From contig MNCI01002152.1 in assembly GCA_015680685.1 (NCBI GenBank), forward strand, positions 497,344 to 561,343: 64,000 bases of DNA. The letters run 5' to 3'. The translations under genes and the position numbers were made by a program. Below are positions 13,092-27,000 of this stretch, piece by piece. This stretch comes from Gnetum montanum. Taxonomy: Eukaryota; Plantae; Gnetophyta. The stretch's first letter is position 1. Each line of letters starts with the position of its first letter. The notes beneath the pieces were generated by a model, which did not search any database, was not told the DNA's origin, and worked only from the letters and a program-made list of their open reading frames with translations.

Positions 13092-14721
13092 TGAAACACC
13101 ACAAAATCTTGCATGTTATAACCAATCTTCATTCGGTAGCTTTCACCCCATGAAAACCCAATGAAAAATTTCATTGGAAATGTGAAAATGATAACCCATA
13201 AAGTGTAATTTCACATACTTTATACTTTTGGGGCTGAAAAATGCCTCATAAGTGGTCAAAGCCTCATTCCCCAAGTGAGAAAAGTCACCTAGTATCTATA
13301 TTTGAGTTTGGGGTGGGGTGGGAGATGTCAAAATGCCTTTTAGAATTCCAAAAAGGGAAATTTGATGGGTTTTAAGGGGGGTATACATTTTTATAAACTA
13401 GAAACACCTATAGGAAGAAGATCTCACCTACCTCCAATGTGGAAGGGTGGGGTTTTGGACACTTTTCCCCCTTCAAAGTGGAGACCAAATTCACAACTTC
13501 GAAACTTTTCCCCAGCATGGAAACTTTTTCCCCTTAGCCTAGAAAGTTTCCTCTTGGCATGGAAGTTTTTACCTAGCTAGAAAACTTTCACCCCATACTA
13601 GAAAGTTTTTCACTAGGGTGGAAAATTCAATCCCCTAGCATGGAAAATTAAATCCCCCAATGTGGAAGCCACAAGAAGAAAAACTCATCAATTCATACAT
13701 TTCAACATTGACTAGCCACTTCAACAAGCATGGTGAAGAGCTTAGCGTAGAAGATTCATCTCTAGCGTGAAAGGTGTGCCCCAATTACTATTTATAGTAA
13801 ATGGAATGGCCATGTGAGGAAGAACTTACTATGTATAGTAACCCCCTAAATTTGGGCACTCATCTCACTTAAATTTGACAACCAATTTGTAGAAAAATCA
13901 TAGCAAATTTGAAACTAATTCAAAGCCAATTTGCAGCCCCATTCATGGCTAAAAGATCCTATAAAAGCCAACCTCAAACACCATTTAAAGGTTCCAACAA
14001 TTTCTTGAGATCTTTGGATGGCTCAAAAATTTTTCACACATAAGCACTTTGGTAGTTCAACAATTTTAAATAAAAACATTATTCACAATTCCATACTTTG
14101 GGCATTTTAAACACTTAAGAGCTCTTGCAAGTTTCCATACTTACATTCTCTTGAACCCCGGCATGGAAGCATTATGGCCTAGAGATTTGATGGATTTTTT
14201 TCCTTAACACTACACTTCTAGGATTTCTAAACCCTAGTTTGGAACAATTTGGAATTCACATTTTCCACCTTTCTCATCTTCTAGTAGTGACTCAATTGGT
14301 AGATCCAAGGTTGTAGTAGTGAAGGAAGGTTTGATAGCATCAAGAGTGGCTTAGCACTTGGATTGTGGAGTAGATCACATCAGGTTCAATAGGTTTTGAA
14401 CTCCTACATAAGTGAACCTCCTTTTTGCTCATCCAAGCACCATTTGTACACATTTCTACAAATTATTATTTATTCTTTTCTTTATAAAGTTTTAAGTTTT
14501 GAGTTTTGTGTTCAAAAATAAATTTATTATCTATGCATTATTCGGATCTATTTATATTACCATGTTTCACACTTTTGAGGTCCCTAGTTGATCTACTAGA
14601 CTAGCATGGGCACCTCAAATCCCATTACTCTTATTGAGGCCTTGGGGATTCATGGTTGAAAAACTACTACACCGAGGATCCTTAGTTTTCATTCCAACAA
14701 TCATGGTTTTGGATCCCAAAA
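13092..14721 (+). repeat. E1 5' LTR (~1.63 kb)
   Basis: TGAAACACC start, TATA CCTATAAAAG at ~13957, followed by a PBS. The 3' end is approximate. Confidence 0.65.
13498..13670 (+). repeat. ~20-bp tandem repeat in E1 U3
   Basis: About 8 degenerate units of GAAACTTTTCCCCAGCATG. Confidence 0.7.
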
Positions 14722-14729
14722 ATTTTTCT

Positions 14730-14746
14730 TGGTGCTAAAAGGAGGG
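14730..14746 (+). other. Primer binding site, tRNA-Asn (E1)
   Basis: TGGTGCTAAAAGGAGGG is close to TGGCGCTAGAAGGAGGG, the complement of the plant tRNA-Asn(GUU) 3' end (CCCTCCTTCTAGCG-CCA). Confidence 0.7.
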
Positions 14747-15932
14747 CCTTTGCCTAAATTCTATAACTAGACCTATTATTTTCATAGCCATTTGCAAGCT
14801 TTTCCTTGATTTTTTGTAGCCAAAGCCCTTGAAAATTCAACATTGTTCTTTGCCCCCTTATGACTAAAATTGGAATGTGAAAGTTGTAGGTGGTTGGGTT
14901 TTGGCTTATCACAACATTTGCTATGAAGTTTACAACCCAAATAAAGTGTTAATATGTCTTTCATCCTATTAATTTTTTCTATTACCAATATTTTATTCCC
15001 TAGCTTCTAAAGTGGGTGGTTCAACTAATCTATGAGTTGGATGCCCCCCTTCCCCCCTCCCCCCTTCCCCCATTTTTTGAAGCCAAGAAAATTAGTAGCT
15101 AGATAAAACCAATTTTAGTGAAAAATTACTAACTTTCCATGTTTTTTCAGCCTTTCTTCCATCAATATTAAAGTAGGAGGTGTGAGATTCCCATCATATG
15201 ATCCTCCCTTCTTTCCCTCCACTACCATACCTAGCATGGAAATAGTTGAGAGGCTAGTGTTGATGAAGTTTGAAACTAATTTTATAACTATATCTGCTTT
15301 TATTGAAAGTTTCGAGTCATTTCCTAGCCAAAACTCTCAAGGAATCCAATGTTGCCTTTACCACTTGTAGCAAAAACCTTAGCATGGAAGCTATAGGTGG
15401 TTTGAGTGTTGGGATTTCACAATATCTATTGTGAATTCCTAGAGCAAAGCCAACATGGAAGGCTTAATAAAGATTTAATTTTTATTGCCATATTCTTCAC
15501 CACTAAACTAATGTTGGTTTCCATACCATCCAATCCTACTTTCCCCTCCTGTTTGGTAAAATTTGGTAGGCTATGAAAACCATCTTTGAAAACTACCAAG
15601 TTTTCATTTAAGTCTTCAAACTTTCCCCCTTCTCTCCAACATTGGAATAACATGTGAGATTTCCATTATCCCATCCCTTGTTTTTTCCCCTATCATACCT
15701 AGCACAGAGGCAATTGGAAGGCCAACTTGGGTGAGGTTTAAGGCCAACATTTCCAACATTCCATTTTTGGTAAAGGGGCAAATCCCCCTTATCCCACACT
15801 TACTAATTATACTAAGTACATCATCTTTTACATTTTTATTTCCTCTAAGATTTTTTTGAATTCCATTCATTGGTATTTACTCCTATTTTACCATTTATAG
15901 CCTATTCTTAATCAAGCCTTAACACTACAACC

Positions 15933-18900
15933 ATGCCTTTTCAAAAGTCCACCAAATTACCCTTCACCTTCACTGGCAAAGATCATAACCAACAAGTCAT
16001 GAGGGTGTATGATCCCAAAGATCCAATTGTTATTAAGTGTAGGAAATATTTGAGAGTTACAGGAGAGAGTCCTAATTTTGTAGCCATTAATTAAGATCAT
16101 TATAACTTTGTTTGTGCCAAAATACAAGCAAGCATGCTTATACCACAAATTACAGTAAAGGCTAAAAGGGAGTTTGAGCTCATATAGATGGATGGAAAAG
16201 AGTACATCTCTTCCCCATATAAAGAAATTCCTCTTAATAATGTATATTCTATCATCCTACCCTAATTGACTTCTATTGAAGAAAAGGATGACAAGCCTAT
16301 CTTTGAGGAACAATAGGAAGAGGAAGCTAAATTTAAGGTAGAATTTGATCTTGAAAACATCCTTGGAGGATTATTCCAAAAAAAATTTCCCAACATCACA
16401 GAACCTTCCCCTAATGCTTTTGTTTACTCCATGGCATGGTGCCATCATCTTCCACTCCTCTATAACCTACTATGATTGATCCCATGTTGGTTGTAGCCAT
16501 ACATCACACTCAATTAGTGCCACAAAAAACAAACTATAACACATCAATGTCATTTACAACACAATCTCAATATGTAAAACCATTAGCAATGGCTTTTACC
16601 AACGCAAATCTATTAACTACTTACATGGGGTCCACCATGAGACCTCCAACAACATAAGGGTCACACACCACATTTTTCCCATTTGTGCCCTAGTTTTCAG
16701 CACAAAAATCTTTTTCTTTATTTGATTCATAAGCCATAACCATAGCACAACCTTTTCCTTCTATCATGTAATCCATAACTAGGCCACAAGCCTCATGCCA
16801 GATGCCACAAACTTATGTACAAACCTCACAAATTATGGGACCACCGCAAGGCTTGGATCAAACTTTCCAAACAATCTGAGACCTAAAGGAGGAGTTGAAG
16901 AGGCTTAAAGCCTCTATCACAAAAATTGTCAAGATTATGGACTTCTACTAGGATGATCCCATAAGTCCTATAGTCCCAACTTTGACACTTCCTTCTAGTA
17001 TCCCCATTCCAAAATTTAGCAAATATAATGAAGAAGTTGACCCTAATGCTCACCTTATTATCTCTCGATATGAATTTTTGCATTTGTAGCCATGGCCTCA
17101 TACCATCATGAGGATTTTCCCTATGTCTTTGATTGGAAAAGTACTTGATTGGTATCACACATTTCCAAGAAGATCCATATCTCCTTTGGTGGATTTAGTA
17201 GCAAATTTTGTCAACCACTTTAAGTATAACTTGAAGCCTGACATAATGCTTGACCAATTCATGAAGGTCAAGCAAGGGCCCTTGGAACTTATACAAAAAT
17301 TCATTCAACAATGGAATGAATTGCTAAATGCAATACTAGAGTCCATATCCAAATCCCACTTGTCAGCCATATTCAAGGGAGTAGTTCATAACTTCATCAA
17401 GTCCAAAGTCTACTACCTTTATCCACGGTCTCTTAGCCAAGCTTTCTCAGAAACTAAAAAAATAGAGGATGTTGTAGAGGCTAGCCATGATCTAGCCTAT
17501 ATATCATATAAAAATAAACATACTTGAAAAGACAAAGAAAAGAGCAAACAAAACAATACTACCATAGCAACTGTAACCAAGAAAACCAAGATCACAAACC
17601 AATGGCCAAAGGTCAACTTGCCCAAGGTCCCTACCAATGATTGCAATAACCAACCATCAACTTTTAGGACTAGTACATTAATAACAAATAGACCTAACTT
17701 TGAAAATAAGGATAGGTATAAATACACTACATTTCCATTAAAACCATCTAATTTTCTTGACCAACTATTAAGAAGTGAGCACATACAACATAAATAAATG
17801 ACTGAAGCTACTTAAAAGAAATACAAGTGACTATGCAAAATAGCCGAAGATACCACTTGGGCAATGAAGGATGATCCCCAATTGCCTAAATACTTCAAGT
17901 TAGACCACTTTTTCCATTATCATCAACTTCCTGATCATGATATGGACTTTTGCCTTACGTTGAAGGGTGACCTGCAAAGGATGATAGATAGGGGGGAACT
18001 AGTCTTAGATGCTTCTAATCTAGTTTGATCATAAAAATAGTCGATGCAGGTCTACAAAGACCTGTTGAATGATAATGATAGCTCCTATGTTACTCCAGCA
18101 TTTAACATTGATGATAATAGAAGACCTATAAGAGAACCATTCATGATTCAAGTACCCCTCTACAATGAAAGAGCTTCTTTAGCTTCCCATAGATCAAGAT
18201 CTCCCTTCATTGTAAGAGTACCATCATGAATGTCTCCAAGAAAACCTTTTTTCATCAAGGTCTTCCAACCCAATATAACTCAAATGGTTGTAGCCCAAAC
18301 ACCTACACAATAGCCTCCTATGGTGGCCAATGCTACTACCTTTTCCCTATAGGAAATGGTTGACAACCTAAAAACTATAGCCAAAAAGGGAAGAATAATA
18401 AGAAAAAGCCTAATAATAAGAGAGTGAGAAAATGAAGGCACGAAAGGAAGTGGGCTCACCAAAACCCACTTTAATTTCAACTATACCCATGACCTCCTCT
18501 ATCTCATCTCCTTCAATCAACAATCCATAGGAGGATACTAAATCCCATAACTAAGTCAATAAGAAAGAGCCACAAAAACCACAACATAAAGTTGAAGTTT
18601 GCATTCTGGGATGCATGGAGAAAGTAAAGAAAAGCTGGGGTGACAAGCCCACATCCAATGATAAAAATTTTTTGAGTGTGATGGATCAAGTTAGGGAATC
18701 CCTTAAGAAGAAAAACACAACCTTAAGCTTATATGACATGATCATGACTTCCACCACATATGGTGAGGCACTAGTTAAGATGTTGATCTCCATACCCATT
18801 AGTGAGAATATTCCTACTAATGAGGAAGTCATCCATGTTGTGATGATTCCTCCATCACCAGGGGAGAGAAAATCAACACCCTTAAAATTTTGTGATAGCA

Positions 18901-19440
18901 AAATTAAAGTTAATCCCTAGAAAGGTGAAGTGACTATAGCCCCTTTATTCATAACCATAAGCATAGGATAATTTAAAATACATCTAGTGCATGTTGATGA
19001 TGGAGCTACAACCAACATCATTCCATTCACCATCATTGAATGCTTGGGCTTAAGTGAGAAAGTACAACCTACAACCATTGCAACTCTTAAGACCTTCAAT
19101 GAATGAAGAGTTGTCATCAATGGGTCTATCTCATTGGATTTTATAGCCAAATAATAATTCCCTATAATCAAAAACTTCTTGATGGTGGAAGAGACATTAA
19201 GATTTAACCTAATCTTGGGAAGACCTTGGTTGGTTTAGTTACAAGATGTGTCCTTGCCCATCCATCAAGAAATTCACCTTCCTTATGAGGGAGGTGAAAT
19301 CATCATTCATGATAACAGTGTAACGCCCCTAGCTATCAACAACATGAACATAGAATGGGGATTTGAAGTGGAGCTTCAAGAACAAGCTCCTACCCATGAA
19401 GAGCAAAAACCCAAGATAACCAATGATGACAACAATAGGA
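15933..19440 (+). pseudogene. gag: E1 gag-protease, copy A (decayed)
   Basis: IMRIFPMSLIGKVLDWYHTFP..KVKQGPLELIQKFIQQW (capsid); degraded Cys/His knuckle at ~17910; VHVDDGATTNIIP and FNLILGRPWL (protease). Confidence 0.85.
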
Positions 19441-19690
19441 CAAAGTTTCCATCTACTATTGATTTCCAGTATACTATGACAGCCATTTCATTAAATGTCA
19501 TTCTGTTCAACATCATTCCTACTATGACAACCATTTCTATCTAGTAGGTAAACCTTTTTTCCTTTTCTTCATTTTCACCATTCAGTAGTCATTTTCCATT
19601 GCCTTTATATTTTCAGTCTACTACATTAGTAGATATTCCTACTACATTTTTTTTGAAGAATAGTAAAATCCCAAAAACTTAATTTTCAAC

Positions 19691-21879
19691 ATGTCATTCC
19701 AATAATCAACTAAGTTTCCTATCACATTCTCTGACAATCGGTCCAACCAATAGGCCATGAGGGTATATGACCCCAAAGACCCTACTATCATCATGTGTAG
19801 ACAATCCTTAAGACTTATAGGGAAAAGTCCTAAATTTTTGATCCTAAATGAAGATATTATCACTATATTTGTGACAAAATCTAGGCTAGCATGATGAGTC
19901 CCCATGTGAAAGTAGAAGCCAAAAGGAAATATGAGCCCATATGCTATGATAGGAAGGAGTACATTCCTTCCCCATATGACCAGATACCCCTAAAGGATAT
20001 CTATGCTAGAATCCTATCTCAACTAATTAATATGGATGAAGAAGATAAAAAGCATAGCTTGGAGGAGCAAGAGGAAAATAAGGATGAGTTTAGGATCAAA
20101 TCTGAGCTCAAAAACATCCTAGGTAAGTTGCTCCAACCAGAAACCCCCAAGGCCACAATGTCTTCTTCTACCCCTTTTATTTTCTCCATGGGCCAAGTTT
20201 CATCATCCTCTACCCCTTCCTACCCAAGGATGATCAATCTCACACTAGTCATCACTACACACCAAGCACAATCGGTGCTATAGTCAACCATGTTCGACTT
20301 CTCCATGTCATTTGCCACCCATACATGTTTTGTATGATCTTTGTTAGTGGTTTTCAGTACCATCGACCCATTGATCACTCAAGTAAAATACACCATGGGA
20401 TCCAAAGTAACCCAAGGGTCACACACCATTTTTATTTCATTTATGCCATAGATACCATCATTGTCAATATTTGCCCCACCAACCACAACAATAACACAAC
20501 ATATCCCTTCTATTCTTCAACCAATAGCAAGACCATAGGCATTGCAACTCATGCCTCAACCCTTTCTCAAAATCCCACAACCAATAAGAACATCCCAAGG
20601 ACTAGATCAAGCTTTTTAGATGATCCAAGATTTAATTAAAGAGTTAAGAAAACTCAAAGCTTCAATGTCTTGGACTATGAAGATAACAGACTTCTACCAA
20701 ATTGATCCCATTAGCCCTCTGGTCCTATCACTAACTCTTCCTCCTAGTGTCCCTATGCGACAGTTCATCAAGTACAACAATGAAGGTGATTTGAACACTC
20801 ATCTAATTACCTTTTGTTCCAAGTGCTTGTTATTGCAAGTATTGCCACATACAATTATGCAAATCTTTCCTATGTCTCTTGCAAGAATAGCACTTGATTG
20901 GTACCATACCTTACAAAGAGGATCCATATCCTTTTTAGACAAACTAATTTCACAATTTGTTAACCATTTCAAGTATAACTTGAAACCTGATACCATGATT
21001 GACCAATTCATGAAGGTCAAGCAAGGACCCCCTTGAGCTAGTGTAGAAATTCATCTAACAATGGAATGATTTGGTCAACAAGATACCAAAGACAATAGCT
21101 AAAACACACATGTTAGCCATCTTCAAGGGGATGATTAATGACTTCATAAAGTCAAAATTATATTATCTTGATCCATGATGTCTTAGTCAAGAATATTTGT
21201 AAACTAAGAATATAGAAGATGCCATGGAAGCTAGCCATAATCCTACATACATGGCATATAAAAACTAACATGTGTGTAAAGATAAAGAGAAGGTTAGGCA
21301 AAATAACATAGTAGTAGCAACCGTGACTAAGGAAAGTAAATCAACTAATAGGGGGTTAATGAATAAACAATCCAAGGCCCCTACTAGCAACAATGACAAC
21401 CAATCCTCAATCTTTGAGGCTACTACATCAACTACATCTAGGCCAAACTTTATGCAAAATGACTAGTTGAAATATACCTAGTTGCCCATCAAGCCATCAA
21501 GGTTTGTAGGAGAAAAGGAGGTTAGGTCACAACAACAACCCAAGCATGAAGTTCATAGTTTGGGATGCATGGAGAAAGTTAGAAATAACAAATCAATAAT
21601 TAATAACAAAGACTTGCTTAATGTGATGGAATAGGTTAAACAATCACTCAAACAAAGGAACACAACCTTGAGCTTATATGTCCTAGTTATGACTTCTACT
21701 ATCCACCTTAAGGCATTGATTAGGATTTTGACCTCCATTCCTATTAGCAAGGATGTCTTTTCCAATGAAAAGTCTATCTTTGTAGTCATGGTATCCTCTT
21801 CTTCCAAGGAATCAAAGTCAACATTGTTGGTGTTTTCCAATAGTGAAATAAAGACAAATCCGCAAAATGGTGAAGTAAC
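19691..21879 (+). pseudogene. gag: E1 gag-protease, copy B, 5' part (internal deletion near 21500)
   Basis: Paralogous to copy A from the ATG onward (IMQIFPMSLARIALDWYHTL..KVKQGP). The knuckle region is missing and E3 interrupts it at 21879. Confidence 0.8.
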
Positions 21880-21964
21880 TGTAGTAATTGAAAGTGTCAA
21901 AGGTTGGAAGAGTACACTAAGATATCCATGATCATACAGCCTTGACCTTGTGTTTGCATGAAGG
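21880..21964 (-). repeat. E3 3' LTR terminal fragment, split off by the E2 insertion
   Basis: Matches 57829-57913 (TGTAGT...ATGATCATACAGCCTTGACC). Confidence 0.85.
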
Positions 21965-23667
21965 TGAAACACCCTAAAATTTCAAGGCATCCTTGCTTCA
22001 TCGGGTCCTTGCGATTTAGGCAGTGCTACGGCAGTTCTTCAGTAGATGGATGCTCTGATGTTCAGATTGTCTAGTCTGGCAAGTTTTCTACTCCCAGTGT
22101 CGATAGGCCCAATGGACCCTCTAGCCTACCCTCTTGAGTAGTTCATCCAATCGACAGTCTACTTAGATGCAATGCGTGAAGTTATTAGCAATGCTTAGAA
22201 TGCACAAAGTAGTTCAGCAAGTTTTCTAAGTCAAGAAGTTTGCTACGCTATGTAGTGTAGTAGGCTTCAGAAAATGGTCGCAAAATGAAGTGCTACACCA
22301 TGCTATGCTACGTAGCATAGCACCGTGTAGCAAAAGCCAAAGTCAGTTCCCTCACCCGACTTTAAGTCCTTCGGCAATGACTCCTTCCACTAGAAAGAGG
22401 CAAGTTTAACGAAGAGCAGGCCATGTTGGCTACTACACTACATAGTGTAGCATAGCATAGCAACTCTGTGGGAGTGAAAAAAGGCATCTCAAAGTGCAGG
22501 ATCAACAAGTTTGCAAGATTTGCATTGAAAAGAACAAAGGTTGCATATTTTTGGCATTTTTGCAATTAAGGCCAATTGCTACACTATGCTATGCTACATA
22601 GCATAGCACAACATAGCAAATATGCAAAATTGGTCAAAACGCTTCAAAGGCTTCCAACATATGCAACAAGCCCCAACATAATTTTCTGCCTCAAACTGGC
22701 GACTACACTATGCTACGCTATATAGCATAGCACAACATAACAAGTTGTTATGATACGCCAACATGCAACACTCCAAAGTGTAACATAGTGTAGAAGAAGC
22801 TATGCTACATTGATGCATCCCCTTGCATAGCATGCTGCTATACTACATCGACATGCTATGCTACAAAATGTAGCACAGCGTAGCAGGCAGTTATGCTACA
22901 TCAATGCACTGCACCTGTTTGTACCATTGGCACATATCTCCAAGTTCTAATAGCATAATTACAGTATGGCAGGCTCATTAATCAGCCTTGCATGTCCATG
23001 CAGCATAGACACATCAATATGGGCTTAGGACACGTGGCATCTAAGCCACATCTTCCGCGTGCTCTTGGTCCTATAAATACCTCGACGAGTAATGCTCAAA
23101 GGGTTGGCAATTTTGAGCACCTTTGCACATAATCGGCAAACTTGGGTAGTTAACAAATTCTGTTAGTAGCTAGCAAAACAAGCCCCCTTTTTTTTAGTTA
23201 GCATCTGGTTAACAAGTTGGCTTTGTGACATTCAGGCATTGTTGGCTTTGGAGTCTGCATTCAAGCACATTGTTGGCTTACTTTGAATGTCCTGGTTACT
23301 TTTGGGATGTCTGTGCTTCCCAGTGTTGTACAACCAATTTTATGCACCTGGAAAAGTAAAGTCATAAATTTGAAGTGGTGCATTCCTTAACTTCTACTTT
23401 GTTTTTCTCTTTATCACTACATTTTACATTGTTATCGCCTTCTCGCATTCAAAAAATTTCATTTTATGTTATAAGCACTGCTTTCACATTAAACATTTGC
23501 AAAAGGTTATAGCAATACTAATTAAGTCCCTGTCTGATCAACCAGATCATTCAGGGTGCCCCATTTTCATTTTATCTAGCATGACCCTTGCGCAGATCTG
23601 GGGTTAAGACTGTCATGACTGAAAAGCTCTTGGTGTTTTCCATCCACCAACGTTTTTGGTCGCTATA
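21965..23667 (+). repeat. E2 5' LTR (1703 bp)
   Basis: Colinear with 38490-39944; TATA CCTATAAATACC at ~23070. Confidence 0.92.
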
Positions 23668-23673
23668 GTTTTC

Positions 23674-23689
23674 TGGCACTAGAAGAAGG
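23674..23689 (+). other. Primer binding site, tRNA-Asn (E2)
   Basis: TGGCACTAGAAGAAGG, 6 nt after the LTR end. Confidence 0.75.
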
Positions 23690-23717
23690 ACCTTTTGGTG
23701 CCCTTTCTATGTTTTAT

Positions 23718-24030
23718 GGTAGTCCTATAAGCATTCTACACCCTGATACACATTAGTGTATATTTTACACCCATTTGTGGTTATTTACGCATCGTGTGGT
23801 GTAGATCAGTGGCTTTGGCGATTCTTCTGGAATCCTATAGGACATAAAGCCTCTGATCACCAGTTGACTCGCTCGTTTTAACGGTAGTCTTGCATGTGTT
23901 CTATACCCTATCATGCACTAGCATAAACGTGATATCCTTTTGCAGTTGTTTATGCATCATGTGGTATAGATCGCTCGCTTTGATGATTCCCTCGGAATCT
24001 GACCAAACATAAAGCCTTTTGATTACTTTC
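23718..24030 (+). repeat. ~165-bp direct duplication in the E2 5' UTR
   Basis: GGTAGTC..TTCTA.ACCCT..GCATC.TGTGGT.TAGATC..GATTC..GGAATC..ACATAAAGCCT occurs twice. Confidence 0.7.
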
Positions 24031-24077
24031 TGATTTCCTTGTTTTTCTCGTTTGCAAAACTGTTTAGCTTAGTAACA

Positions 24078-27000
24078 ATGACTTCCGCAAGCACCATTGC
24101 TAACACCTTCAATGTTGAGGTTCCCATCATGGTTCAAGGCATCACAAGTGCTGAATAATTGCTCAACCCAATGCTGGAACCACACCGATCCCTCAGGATC
24201 CAAAACCAGGGACCCAAGGGCTTGGCCCAGTAACATGAGCCCTATAACTTTCTCTGTGCAAAGGTGCGGGAAAACCTACCCTTGGATGTGCAAGAACTCA
24301 AAGACAAAGGTAGCTTCGAGTTTGCTTACTGCAATGGGAAGGAATTTGTTCCCACTCTTGGCGCTTCCATTCCTTTGACACAGAAAAATCAATGGCTTCT
24401 AGACTAGCTGATTTAGTTGGCTAGGCTTGGGGAGTAGTAGGACATAGCGTCTAACCATGATGAGGCCTTCCAGGATGGACAAGATGAACTTAATTCCCAA
24501 TCCGATGGGGGAGGTCAAACCAACCCTATTACCATCCCTCCTATGCAATCTTTCTAAACCAACCCGTTGTCTATCACTGCTCCCTTCGTGATCGCACCTA
24601 CACATTTGCAACCTGCAATTACATCTACAATGAGTAGCCACATCATCTCCTCGGTGTATGAACACCCTTATTCCCCTGTCTCATTTGCAGCCACTATTCC
24701 TCCGCAAACTATTCATCAGTCCATTCCTGTAACGCATTACACACCAATCACGGCTACCCTGCCACATGTTCACACCATGCCTACTTCACAATCGTACGCA
24801 ACTTCCACTTTCATTCCAACATTTACACCTATCCCACCATTAGTGGTGGGCCCAGGTCCATCCAGATGGTGGACCCCATTCACTATTCCCCCTGCTACGC
24901 TACCATCATAGATGTCTCACCATGTTCGCTAGCAGTCCTACCAAATCCCACAAATGGTACAACCCAATGCTGGACTATGGTCTGTTCCACCGACGACCCA
25001 AACAGTCTATCTTGCATATCAACCCACGATTTCTGCCCTAACAACATCACCTGTTAGATGGTGGACAGCACAAGCAGCACCATTCACGAGGGCCATCCCA
25101 AAGGTACTGTTGATGGGTCACATTGCTACCCCCACCACTCCACATATGGGAGCTGCCTTGGTAGTTCTCCAACGGTCCGCATCATCGCCAGGTCTGAATC
25201 AATCATTCTAGCTTATCCAGACCCTTACTGAAGAGGTAAAACGCCTCAAGGCTATCAGGTCTAACATAGTACAAGTCATGGACTTCTACTAGGACTACCC
25301 CATCATCCCTATGATCCTTGCACTAATGTTACCCTTAGGGATGTCCCTCCTCCACTTCACAAAGTACAATGGAGAGGTGGATCCCAATGCACATCTTGTT
25401 ACCTTTAGGTCTGAGTCCCTTCTACTGCAACAATGGCTGCACATCGTTATCTGCATTTTTGCCATGTCCTTAGCCAAAAAGGCCCTAGACTAGTACCGTG
25501 CCCTGCCACGCTCCTCCATATCAACCCTAGAGGAGCTTCTGATCCAGTTCATGATGTAGTTCAAGTATAACTTGAAGGTAGAAATCATGCAGAATCAGTT
25601 GATGAGTGTGAAGCAGGACCCTCTTGAACCGGTCCAGAAGTTCATCCAGCGTTGGGATGCAACTCTTAATGAAATCCACAAGCCCATCATAGAGGCCCAC
25701 TTGCTAGTCGTCTTTAAGGACACAATGAATGACTTCATCAAGTCCAAGCTATACTACCTCACCCCTCGCACTCTTAGTTAGGCCTTTGCTTAGACTAAGA
25801 GTATACAAGATGCAACTGAGATGAGCAAAGACCTGGTCTATGCTACTTACAAGAACACCTTCACAAAGAAGGACAAGGGTAAGGCTACAATAGCCATAGT
25901 GGCCATTGTGGTGAATGAGGCCAAGCCCTAACCTAATAACAATGGTAACAAGAACATCAAAAAATCAGCCACACTTGCGGCTAACCCCATGCCCAAGTAG
26001 GGTAATGCACCACTACCTTCTGCACCTGCACCCGAGACATCTGTGCCACCAAAATTGAACTTTGAGCATAAAGATCACTCAAAGTATACCTCGCTACCTA
26101 TTAAGCCTTCAGATCTTCTGAAGTAGCTACTAGAAGCAGGGTACATCCAACACAAATAGATGTTGGAGGAGGGAACCAGGAAACATTAGCGGTACTGTGA
26201 ACTCCTCAAGAATCCCTCGTTGGCTTTGCCCAACGAGCCCCCAGTTCCTAAGGGTTTCAGGCTGGATCGATTTTGTGACTACCACCAACAGTGTGGTCAC
26301 AATAAAAGTTACTTTCTAGCATTGAAGGATGACATTCAAAGGATGATTGATCAAGGAAAACTGGTGTTAGACGAGAGTAACCTAGTATGTCCTAAGAATC
26401 AATCTCTGCACGTCTACAATGACCCCCTTAACCCCAACAATATCAGTTATGTCATCAACACCATCAGCATTGAAAGCAGTCCTAGACCACCCCAGCAGCT
26501 ATTTGTGGTCTGTGTGCCTTAGTGTAGTGCACCAACACCACTAGTGGCTGATCAAAGCCTGCAACAATCATTTGTCCTGAGAGCCCCTCCCCGAGCAACC
26601 AACCCCACACCATCTGTTGGCAGAACCACGCCACCCCGCCCGCTAACACCACTAGCTTTGTTTGTCATTAGGGGGCCAACTTCTTCAATAGCCCCCATCC
26701 CATGAAAGACAAGTGCATAGCCTTCTTGTTCTAAGAAATGAGAAGTGCTTTTTTAGGTGAGATGTTGATAGAAAGTACCACCCTAGGTACTTCCAAGCCT
26801 ACATCTTCACCCCCTGCATCTACACCCTCGTTACCAAAGAGGGATGTTGCTACAACCACACATTCCACCCTGCCCCGCCAAAAAGGTCTAAACCCAAATC
26901 GAAAACTACCCCTCCTCGGGAAATCCATCTCCTAGGACGAATAGAAGAGGAGAAGGGCAGTAAATAGGAGGGCGACCAAGACCTCTTAGATGCCATCACT

